Source: a virus (lineage: Duplodnaviria > Caudoviricetes). From it: a stretch of DNA of 24,976 bases. A program made the translations under genes and the position numbers. Shown here piece after piece: positions 17,357-24,270 of the stretch; within the stretch, counting starts at the first letter, position 1, and each line of letters opens with the position of its first letter. The stretch spans positions 1-24,976 of the IMG/VR virus record IMGVR_UViG_3300021082_000090. One strand, written 5' to 3'. The notes beneath the pieces were generated by a model that did not search any database, was not told where the DNA came from, and saw only the letters and a program-made list of their open reading frames with translations.

Positions 17357-17951
17357 CGCCGCGTACCGCATGGCGAAAGCGTTGTCGGACTCGACGATTA
17401 TCCCCAAGGACTACCGCGGCAAACCGGCGGACGTCCTCGCGGCGATCCTGATGGGCGTCGAGGTCGGATTGCCGCCCATGACGGCGTTGCAGTCCATTGC
17501 GGTCATCAACGGACGCCCAGGGATTTTTGGCGACGGGTTGCTTGCGCTCATTCTGACCTCGCCGCTGTACGTCTCGCATGCGGAATGGTTTGAGGTCCTC
17601 GACGGCGCGGGCGGCGAGATGATCGGGATTGACGCGTTGACGCCGGACGCCCTCGTCCATCCGGCAACGCGCGCGGTCTGTGAGTTTGTCCGCAAGGACC
17701 GCAACGACCCCGTCCGCCGGACGTTCTCCGTCGCGCAAGCGAAACGCGCGAACCTCCTGAACAAACAGGGACCGTGGACGGAGTACCCCGACCGCATGTT
17801 GCAGATGCGGGCGCGGTCGTTTGCCGCGCGCGACGCGTTCCCGGACGTCCTCAAGGGACTGCGAACCCTGGAGGAGTTAACGGACATTTCGGAGGAGACG
17901 CCGCCGCCGGTCGTCCGCCGCAAATCTGAGACGGACCCCGTCGCGGAGTAA
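17265..17951 (+). CDS. recT: RecT/Red-beta-like single-strand annealing protein
   Basis: IPKDYRGKPADV...G.EVGLPPM.ALQSIAVINGRP and W.EYPDRML..RA.SFAARDAFPDVLKGL; GGAG RBS. Confidence 0.8.
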   Translation: MTNPEPTPSTDLATRPDKVPVAFGVAPETYDAAYRMAKALSDSTIIPKDYRGKPADVLAAILMGVEVGLPPMTALQSIAVINGRPGIFGDGLLALILTSPLYVSHAEWFEVLDGAGGEMIGIDALTPDALVHPATRAVCEFVRKDRNDPVRRTFSVAQAKRANLLNKQGPWTEYPDRMLQMRARSFAARDAFPDVLKGLRTLEELTDISEETPPPVVRRKSETDPVAE

Positions 17952-17953
17952 TC

Positions 17954-18628
17954 ATGGCGGCGCGCGGTCTCACGTTCGACGAGCCATCCCATACGTACCT
18001 GTTGGACGAGGTCCCGGTTGTCTCCGTAACCGGGGTTCTCAAACGCGCGGGGTTGATCGATTTCTCCTCCATTCCGAACGGCATCCTCGAGACCGCCCGC
18101 GCGCGGGGTACGGTCGTCCATCGGGCGGTCCACTACTACAACGAAAACGACCTCGACGTCGACCGGTTCGTCGCGGACTTTCCGGACTGCGCGGGGTACC
18201 TCCACGCGTGGATCGCGTTTACGGAGCAACGCCATTTCCGCGCGGTCCTCAACGAACGGCGGGTCGCGTCGCGGCGGCATCAGATTGCGGGGACCGCGGA
18301 CTGTTTTGGTCTCCTCGACGAGCATCCGGTCCTCTTGGACTTCGCGACCGGTCGACCCCAGGACGTCGCCAAGGACCTCCAGACCGCCGCGTACTACGCC
18401 CTCGCGACCGAATGGGCGGCAGAGGACGACCCGGAACTCGCGGCGTTTCTCGCCAAGACCCGCGGGGTCCTCCGGCGGTACGGCGTCGCCCTCCGCAAGG
18501 ACGGGACGTTTTCGCTCGACCCGTATACCAACCCGTCCGATTTCCGCGAGTTTCTGACCCTCCTCGACGCCCAACAAATCGTCGCGCGGCGACGCCCGAA
18601 TCGCGAGGAGATACCGGAGGTCGCATGA
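17954..18628 (+). CDS. PD-(D/E)xK exonuclease-like protein (motif lysine replaced)
   Basis: FDEPSHTY, SVTGVL, RGTVVH, E..V, AGTAD, LDFATG, LQTAAY; next to recT. Confidence 0.8.
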   Translation: MAARGLTFDEPSHTYLLDEVPVVSVTGVLKRAGLIDFSSIPNGILETARARGTVVHRAVHYYNENDLDVDRFVADFPDCAGYLHAWIAFTEQRHFRAVLNERRVASRRHQIAGTADCFGLLDEHPVLLDFATGRPQDVAKDLQTAAYYALATEWAAEDDPELAAFLAKTRGVLRRYGVALRKDGTFSLDPYTNPSDFREFLTLLDAQQIVARRRPNREEIPEVA

Positions 18629-18774
18629 CCGAACCGAAATACCGACTGGTTTACCTGTACCGCGGCGAACGGTATTCAACGCTTGTCGATTACAACAACC
18701 TTGCGGACGCCAATCTGGCGCGACGGGAGTTTCTCGCGGCGGGTTGGGTCGCGTGGATTGAACGGGTCGCATGA
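18625..18774 (+). CDS. 49-aa hypothetical protein
   Basis: GGAGG RBS; ATGA coupling at both ends. Confidence 0.7.
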   Translation: MTEPKYRLVYLYRGERYSTLVDYNNLADANLARREFLAAGWVAWIERVA

Positions 18775-18968
18775 CGGACGTGACGCACTACTGCGCGCGT
18801 TGCGGTCTCCCGCTCGACGACCGCTGGCGCTATGCCCTTTGCGAATCGTGCGGCAAGGCGCCCTGTCCGCATGGCGGGAAATGGGGTCAATGCGACGCAT
18901 GCGACGCGGACAGCGATTTCGCGTTTGAGGCAGAACGGGAACGACGGATTTTGGGACGCGATGACTAA
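18771..18968 (+). CDS. Cys-rich zinc-binding protein
   Basis: CARC, CESC, CPH and CDAC motifs; ATGA coupled. Confidence 0.7.
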   Translation: MTDVTHYCARCGLPLDDRWRYALCESCGKAPCPHGGKWGQCDACDADSDFAFEAERERRILGRDD

Positions 18969-19152
18969 ACCCGGCAATGACTGGATCGCATCATGGCGAC
19001 TGACGCGTCGCCAATTGGAACAGGTCGCCCGCGGCGAACTCCCGCGGACCTGGATCACCTGGGCGCGTCGGGACCTCGCGGCAATCACCGATCCGGCAAT
19101 GTGGTTTATCAACCGATTAGGACCGGTTCGCGAGAGGAGACCCAAACGATGA
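18961..19152 (+). CDS. Hypothetical protein
   Basis: ATG 18961 overlaps the previous gene end; its TGA is coupled to the next ATG. Confidence 0.6.
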   Translation: MTKPGNDWIASWRLTRRQLEQVARGELPRTWITWARRDLAAITDPAMWFINRLGPVRERRPKR

Positions 19153-19847
19153 CCGCGCCCGTGCTCGACGTCATGCAACCGGAGACCGCGAACGCGTTGG
19201 CGCCCGACCTGGAGACCGACGCGCGCCAATTGACCGTCCTCGCGACGATTGCGACAGTCGAGGAGTTAACGACCGCGGTCGCGGACCGCCAACGGATTGC
19301 CGACTTGCGAAAACGCGTCGTCGACTATTTCGCGCCGCTCAAGTCCATGGCGTATCAACTACACCGCAAAATCTGCGACCGGGAAAACGCCATTGTCGCG
19401 CCGCTCGACGCCCGCGACCGGTTGGTCCGGGACGCCATGGCGAACTTTAAACGCGCCCAGGACGACCAACGTCTTGCCCTGGAACGCGCCGAACAGGACC
19501 GCCGCCGCCGCGAGGACCATGCCCGCGCCCTCCATGAGGCGTCCATCCTGGAATCCGCCGGACATGCCGACATTGCCGCGGCGATTGTCGACGACGCGAT
19601 TACCGCGCCGCCGCCAGCGGTCACGTTGCCCGACCCCGTCCGCAACGTCTCCGGTCTGAAGTTCCGCAAGGTCTGGAAATGGCGGTACGCGGGAACCGCC
19701 GCCGACCGCGAACGGGTTTTGAAACTCATTCCGCGCGAGTTTCTCGCCGTCGACGAGGTCAAGGTCAACAGCTACGTCCGGTCCATGAAATCGTCCGGAT
19801 CGATTCCAGGGATTGAAATCTACAGCGTTGACGAACCCGTGAGGTAG
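19149..19847 (+). CDS. Coiled-coil phage protein (Gp157-like C-terminus)
   Basis: Long coiled coil, then RKVWKW...IPREFL.VDE.K......IPGIEIY; GAGGAG RBS. Confidence 0.75.
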   Translation: MTAPVLDVMQPETANALAPDLETDARQLTVLATIATVEELTTAVADRQRIADLRKRVVDYFAPLKSMAYQLHRKICDRENAIVAPLDARDRLVRDAMANFKRAQDDQRLALERAEQDRRRREDHARALHEASILESAGHADIAAAIVDDAITAPPPAVTLPDPVRNVSGLKFRKVWKWRYAGTAADRERVLKLIPREFLAVDEVKVNSYVRSMKSSGSIPGIEIYSVDEPVR

Positions 19848-19852
19848 ACGCA

Positions 19853-20281
19853 TTGGAAAACGAACAAGTAAACGGTTGGTCTGCGTGGAAATGGGTTCCC
19901 GCCAATAGGTCAATGACGGACGGTGAAATTGAATTGTGGAAGTCTGTCCGGACGATCCTCCCGTCGCCGCTGACGCCCGCGCGGTCATCTGATCAACCCG
20001 CGTTGTTCGACATGACAAAGGGTCCCGGCGTCTACATCCATTCGGACGGTACCGCGATCAAGATCGGAAAAACCGCGACCGCTGAACGCCAACGGCGGCG
20101 GTCGCATCAGACCGGGAACCCGCGGGACATTGTCCTGTTAGCGTGGATTCCCGGCGCGAACGAACGAACCCTCCACAAACGATTCGCGCATCTGAACATC
20201 CGCGGCGAATGGTTCCGGATGGACTCTGAGTTAATGACGTTTGTTCAGGCGTGGCGCCTCGTCGAGGCGGCGTTTGATTGA
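19853..20281 (+). CDS. GIY-YIG-like (T5orf172/MUG113) nuclease-domain protein
   Basis: GVYI.....IKIGKT, R...QTGNP, E..LHKRF....RGEWF; start uncertain. Confidence 0.8.
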   Translation: MENEQVNGWSAWKWVPANRSMTDGEIELWKSVRTILPSPLTPARSSDQPALFDMTKGPGVYIHSDGTAIKIGKTATAERQRRRSHQTGNPRDIVLLAWIPGANERTLHKRFAHLNIRGEWFRMDSELMTFVQAWRLVEAAFD

Positions 20282-20493
20282 CCCGTTGTGGTGTGGACGA
20301 TGACGCATGCGGCAGGCGGTCGGCGATTCCGCCATGTTGCCGTGCATGGTTTGCGGTCTGGGACCGCTTGCCGCACAAACATTCGATCCTTAAACCGTCA
20401 TGGGGTTATGTCCCTTGTCCCGGTTGTCGCCATTGCGGCGCGCGGGTTGTCGTCCTGGATTGTCCCTGTCCGATTGTCTACGCATGGAGGTAA
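20278..20493 (+). CDS. Cys-rich small protein
   Basis: TTGA coupled; IPPCC..WF, YVPCPGC..C and CPC. Confidence 0.6.
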   Translation: MTRCGVDDDACGRRSAIPPCCRAWFAVWDRLPHKHSILKPSWGYVPCPGCRHCGARVVVLDCPCPIVYAWR

Positions 20494-20497
20494 GCCT

Positions 20498-21235
20498 ATG
20501 CCGTATGGTCTAACCGTTTTTCCCAATCCGCTCGACGCCCGCGTTGCATTGACGCCGGACTCCGGCGTCCAGGTCGTTGGAACCCCAACGACCGACCCCG
20601 CGGGTCGCCAAGGGCAAGTCTGCAACGTCCCGGACTCGACGCCCTCCGGGCATGGCGCGACGCTGGAACTTTCCGCGACGGGGTTTCTCCCGTTGCGATT
20701 GCGCGGGTTTCTCCTCGTCGAACCGTCCAACAAGGTCGCGCGTCTCCAGGTCGACGACTACACGTTGACGCCGGAACCGACCGCGCCGCCGCCGACCGAA
20801 CCGCCGCCGCCGCAAACCGGCGGGTCGCCCATGGACATCATCAACCGCGTGTTCAACGAGACGCATCCGGATTTGACGACGGTCACGGGTTGTGGGTTGT
20901 TCACCGAGGACGTCTGTACCGCCCTCCACGATCAACATTCGACCATGTGGGGTCATATCGACAAGGACCCTGGACAGAACCAGTACAACGGTCACGCCGT
21001 CGACGCGGTCATGTTGCTGGCGCCCGCGTCCGGAACCAACGCGGGCATCTACGACATCATCTACTCGTCCGCGTCATCAGAGGCGCGCCCAGTTTTCAAT
21101 TACGTCGAACCGCCCAATTACGAGGACTGGGTGTACCCCGCGGGCGCGGCGACGCGCGGCGCGTTCGCTATCACGTTCCACATTCCGCGGCGGATACCGC
21201 GTCCGCCGGACGCAAACCAGATTACATGCTGGTAG
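20498..21235 (+). CDS. Two-domain protein: beta-rich N-terminus, Pro linker, putative Cys-His-Asp hydrolase domain
   Basis: Strong GGAGGT RBS; PEPTAPPPTEPPPP linker; GCGLF, GHAVD and YDII motifs. The function is inferred. Confidence 0.7.
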   Translation: MPYGLTVFPNPLDARVALTPDSGVQVVGTPTTDPAGRQGQVCNVPDSTPSGHGATLELSATGFLPLRLRGFLLVEPSNKVARLQVDDYTLTPEPTAPPPTEPPPPQTGGSPMDIINRVFNETHPDLTTVTGCGLFTEDVCTALHDQHSTMWGHIDKDPGQNQYNGHAVDAVMLLAPASGTNAGIYDIIYSSASSEARPVFNYVEPPNYEDWVYPAGAATRGAFAITFHIPRRIPRPPDANQITCW

Positions 21236-21240
21236 ACGCC

Positions 21241-21615
21241 ATGCGGTTAGATGGCTTGTTTTGGTGGATTCCGCGTTGGTTGAAATCGTCCGCGAAAATG
21301 ACGATGACCCTGGAGCAACAAGGCGCCTATCGCAATTTGCTCGACGCGGCGCAACTCCGCGGCGGCGCGTTACCGGACGACGAACGCATCCTTGCGGCGG
21401 CATGCGGCGATCCGGGTCGATGGAAAGCGATCCGCGGCGCGGTCATGCCGTATTTCGTCAAACGGAACGACGGATGGCATAACGAAACGCTCGACGAAGT
21501 CCTCGCCGTTTCGGTGAAACGCGCCGAACGGCAACATCGCTACCGCGAGGGATTGAAACGTAACGGCAAGAGTAACAGACCCCGTAACGCGCGGCGTAAC
21601 GCGCGGCATAACTGA
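21241..21615 (+). CDS. DUF1376/YdaU-like replication initiator N-terminal protein
   Basis: W.......MTLEQQGAYRNLLD......LPDDERILA...W..I...V..YF...DGWHNETL; 3' end carries iteron repeats. Confidence 0.8.
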   Translation: MRLDGLFWWIPRWLKSSAKMTMTLEQQGAYRNLLDAAQLRGGALPDDERILAAACGDPGRWKAIRGAVMPYFVKRNDGWHNETLDEVLAVSVKRAERQHRYREGLKRNGKSNRPRNARRNARHN

Positions 21616-21690
21616 CCCCGTGTATCTGTATCAGTATCTGTCTCTTGTACGTACGTTCCCGTCGTACCGTTTCTTTTATTGGGAGATTAG
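21559..21690 (+). repeat. Putative replication origin: five 12-bp-period iterons followed by GTATCW repeats and an AT-rich stretch
   Basis: CGTAACGGCAAG, AGTAACAGACCC, CGTAACGCGCGG, CGTAACGCGCGG, CATAACTGACCC at 21559/71/83/95/607; then GTATCTGTATCAGTATCT and TTTCTTTTATT. Confidence 0.7.
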
Positions 21691-21751
21691 TGCAGGCGCT
21701 GACGCGCCGATCCCCTGTGGAAAACGCAAAAACGACGAAGAAAAGAACGCT

Positions 21752-22033
21752 ATGCCCGCGCCGAAATCGCCCGCCCTCGTTGCTTTAACGCATGAGGTCC
21801 TCAATCGGGACCGGTTTGAGACCCTGTCGGACCTCTGCGAGACGCTCAAGCTCCGGGCGGCGCGTCTCCGGATTCCGTACGACGCGACGTCGATTACAGA
21901 GGCGTTGACCGCAGTCAAACATGGGCGTCCGTTGCTCCGACAGACGACCCCGCGGGTTCTGACGCGCCGAACCGCGGAGACCCGCTTACCCGATTGGAAA
22001 ATGCGACAGACAGGAGACAACGACGATGCATAA
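21752..22033 (+). CDS. Hypothetical helical protein (possible detached initiator C-terminal domain; alternative GTG start at 21620)
   Basis: ORF immediately after the putative origin; helical LCETLKLRAARLRIPYD segment. Confidence 0.6.
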   Translation: MPAPKSPALVALTHEVLNRDRFETLSDLCETLKLRAARLRIPYDATSITEALTAVKHGRPLLRQTTPRVLTRRTAETRLPDWKMRQTGDNDDA

Positions 22034-22286
22034 CCCCGCGCCCATTCCCGTCGACGCCGTCGCCGCGTCGTACGTCGACCTCACGGTTGCCATTGTCGCG
22101 TTGACCGAACGCATGGGAGGGATCGAGAAATGCCTAGAGGCGATGAGCGACTACATCCAGAACCAGGACGAAATGTTGTCCGCCGCCGTCCAGGTCCTCC
22201 AGACGTCGACGTCGCATCTCGCGACGATGGCCGGACTCCTCGACCAGATGATCGGACGCATTACACCAGGGCGGACGAACCCGTAA
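22026..22286 (+). CDS. Coiled-coil hypothetical protein
   Basis: AGGAG RBS; heptad pattern. Confidence 0.65.
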   Translation: MHNPAPIPVDAVAASYVDLTVAIVALTERMGGIEKCLEAMSDYIQNQDEMLSAAVQVLQTSTSHLATMAGLLDQMIGRITPGRTNP

Positions 22287-22417
22287 CGCGCTACGGCTGG
22301 ACGACTGCGGTCTGTGGGTACCGCGTCAACGAACGCCACGACATGGACGTCGACCTCGACGCGCCAACCTGTCCCTGGTGCAAGGCATGGCTGGACGAGC
22401 GGAATCATCAACCATGA
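22130..22417 (+). CDS. Small zinc-finger-like protein (start uncertain, overlaps the upstream gene)
   Basis: THY...AVCG...PTCPWC; stop coupled to the next ATG. Confidence 0.45.
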   Translation: MPRGDERLHPEPGRNVVRRRPGPPDVDVASRDDGRTPRPDDRTHYTRADEPVTRYGWTTAVCGYRVNERHDMDVDLDAPTCPWCKAWLDERNHQP

Positions 22418-22587
22418 CGATTGAGGTCGACGACGCGACGTTGGAGAACATGGACAAGTACGGCGGGAGTTTCATTCGCGCCCTCGCGAATCTCTATCGC
22501 CGCGCGGACGATGAGAACCGCGCGGAAATCCGTCGCACGTTTGCCCGGTACTTCCAGACGTACAAACGCATGGAGGAGGACAAATGA
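22414..22587 (+). CDS. Small hypothetical phage protein
   Basis: YGGSFIRAL...AD.EN...I...F..Y; ATGA coupled at both ends. Confidence 0.72.
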   Translation: MTIEVDDATLENMDKYGGSFIRALANLYRRADDENRAEIRRTFARYFQTYKRMEEDK

Positions 22588-22772
22588 TGAGACCGGCGGT
22601 CTGTGGCAATTGCGGCGCGGACCTCGCGAAAGTTCCCGGACGCGCGGAGATTTGGAGCGACAGGGAACAGGTCTGGTCCGGACTCCTCGATTGCCCGAGC
22701 TGCAACGCGTCGTATGTCTACATTCGCCCGCATGTACGCAAAACCAACGGCGTCCAGGAGAAACAACCATGA
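22584..22772 (+). CDS. Zinc-ribbon protein
   Basis: GGAGGAGG RBS; CGNC...CPSC. Confidence 0.7.
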   Translation: MMRPAVCGNCGADLAKVPGRAEIWSDREQVWSGLLDCPSCNASYVYIRPHVRKTNGVQEKQP

Positions 22773-22906
22773 CCCCGACGATCCATTTTTTGCTCTACGT
22801 CGTCGCGTTTCTCTGTTTCGTCGCGGCGACGTTCAACTATCCGGCGCGCGTCAATCTCGTCGCGTTGGGTCTCGCGATTTGGGTCCTCACGTTCTACCTG
22901 ATTTGA
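22769..22906 (+). CDS. 45-aa two-TM membrane protein (holin candidate)
   Basis: AGGAG RBS; two hydrophobic helices, FLLYVVAFLCFVAATF and LVALGLAIWVLTFYLI. Confidence 0.65.
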   Translation: MTPTIHFLLYVVAFLCFVAATFNYPARVNLVALGLAIWVLTFYLI

Positions 22907-22909
22907 CCC

Positions 22910-22993
22910 ATGCGTCGGGAGGACGTGTGGATTGCGTTGTTCGCGTTGCCGTTGGCGGCGTTCGCGTTGTGGTTGCTCTGGGTGATCCTCTGA
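22910..22993 (+). CDS. 27-aa membrane peptide
   Basis: MRREDVWIALFALPLAAFALWLLWVIL; TGATG coupled to HNH. Not in the ORF track. Confidence 0.6.
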   Translation: MRREDVWIALFALPLAAFALWLLWVIL

Positions 22994-23310
22994 TGCGGTA
23001 TTGCGCGCAACCCGGATGCGGAACCCTCGTCGACGGCGGACGTTGCGTCGTCCATGCGCGGACGCGCGAACATGCGCGCGGCAATCTCGCGATTCGCAAA
23101 CTGTACAAGACCGACCGTTGGGAACGTCTCCGGTTGCGGGTCCTCGTCGAATCCGACTACCAATGCGCCCAGTGTGGACAGGTCACGGCGGACCTCCAGG
23201 TCGATCACATTCGCCCGCATCGTGGCGACGTCGGGTTGTTCTGGGACCGTTCCAACGTGCAAGCGTTATGCGTTCCCTGTCATACGCGGAAAACAACGCG
23301 AGGCGAATAG
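22993..23310 (+). CDS. HNH endonuclease (HK97 gp74-like packaging cofactor)
   Basis: CAQPGC..C..H, Y...RW..LR, CAQC, VDHIRPH.G..LFWD.SNVQALC.PCH.RKT. Confidence 0.92.
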   Translation: MRYCAQPGCGTLVDGGRCVVHARTREHARGNLAIRKLYKTDRWERLRLRVLVESDYQCAQCGQVTADLQVDHIRPHRGDVGLFWDRSNVQALCVPCHTRKTTRGE

Positions 23311-23451
23311 ATGAAACGCATACCGATTCCTGTAGAACAACGACCTTGTCAGGATTGCGGACTAGTGCATTGGTGCGCGAAGCATCCGCCGAATACGCCC
23401 GCGGCGAATCGCTGTTTCTCTTGCTGGCTGCGGTTTATCAGAGGCGAATAG
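23311..23451 (+). CDS. 46-aa Cys-rich protein
   Basis: MKRIPIPVEQRPCQDCGLVHWCAKHPPNTPAANRCFSCWLRFIRGE; abuts both neighbours. Not in the ORF track. Confidence 0.65.
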   Translation: MKRIPIPVEQRPCQDCGLVHWCAKHPPNTPAANRCFSCWLRFIRGE

Positions 23452-23571
23452 ATGACCGTTGACCAAATGCAAACGGCGTCGATCATTCTGGTCGGACTCG
23501 CGGTCATCATCCTTGCGATCAACGTCATCGTCGGCGCCGTTGTCGCGCGTCGCTATGGACGGCGGCAATGA
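23452..23571 (+). CDS. 39-aa single-pass membrane peptide
   Basis: MTVDQMQTASIILVGLAVIILAINVIVGAVVARRYGRRQ; ATGA coupled to the next gene. Confidence 0.65.
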   Translation: MTVDQMQTASIILVGLAVIILAINVIVGAVVARRYGRRQ

Positions 23572-24137
23572 GAACCCTTGACCGCGGCGCAATCGTGACG
23601 TTGTCGGACGAGGAGGTCCGGATCGCCGCATGGATTGGGCGTCGACGCTCCGAGGTCGCCCGCGCCGCCGGGATTCCCGATTACAAGGTTCGCCCAGGGA
23701 ATCGCTCAGGGGTCGAGGTCGACATTGATGGATTCGGCGCGGAACTCGCGTTTTGCAAACTGGTCAACGTCTACCCGGACCTGAGTCCTCAACCCAAATC
23801 CGGCGGCGCCGATTGTCTCGTCGTCGGGTCTTACGTCGACGTCAAATCGCGACGCCAACCGAACGACGACCTGTTGGTCATTGCGCGCCCAGGGAAACAA
23901 ACCGGGATCGATTGGTATGCCCTGATGATTGTCAATTGGCCGACGTTCCGATTCGCGGGCGCCATTCAGACGCTCGACCTCGTACGCCAACCCGTCGTCG
24001 ACCTGGGATATGGACCGACGTACGCGGTACCCCAGAACAAACTCTCTGATTTCCGCTTGACATTGACGCCCGAACAGGTCGAGGAGTATTGCGCCCATGC
24101 CGTCAAAGCCGACGAAATTCGGTGGACGATCCGATAA
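23568..24137 (+). CDS. PD-(D/E)xK restriction-endonuclease-like protein
   Basis: G.GAELAF (helix Glu), GGAD (Asp), VDVKS (D-x-K), then DWYAL..V. Confidence 0.72.
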   Translation: MRTLDRGAIVTLSDEEVRIAAWIGRRRSEVARAAGIPDYKVRPGNRSGVEVDIDGFGAELAFCKLVNVYPDLSPQPKSGGADCLVVGSYVDVKSRRQPNDDLLVIARPGKQTGIDWYALMIVNWPTFRFAGAIQTLDLVRQPVVDLGYGPTYAVPQNKLSDFRLTLTPEQVEEYCAHAVKADEIRWTIR

Positions 24138-24270
24138 CCAATCGCAACGGGAGTTTCTGAAACTCCTCCGTCCGGCGTCGATAGTGGCAATCGTCGACGG
24201 TCAACGATTGCCGTTGCGGGTCCGCGTTCCGCGGTCGAAGTGTGGACCGTCGTACGGGTTCAATAAATGA
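24097..24270 (+). CDS. 57-aa basic hypothetical protein
   Basis: GAGGAG RBS before ATG 24097; MPSKPTKFGG...PSYGFNK; TGA overlaps the MTase ATG. Not in the ORF track. Confidence 0.55.
   Translation: MPSKPTKFGGRSDNQSQREFLKLLRPASIVAIVDGQRLPLRVRVPRSKCGPSYGFNK

Noticed and set aside
24150-24212. Palindromes GGAGTTTC-T-GAAACTCC and GGCAATCGTCGAC-G-GTCAACGATTGCC upstream of the MTase as operators
   Set aside because: Both lie inside the coupled 57-aa ORF 24097..24270 and do not resemble each other; a regulatory role cannot be supported, though it is not excluded.
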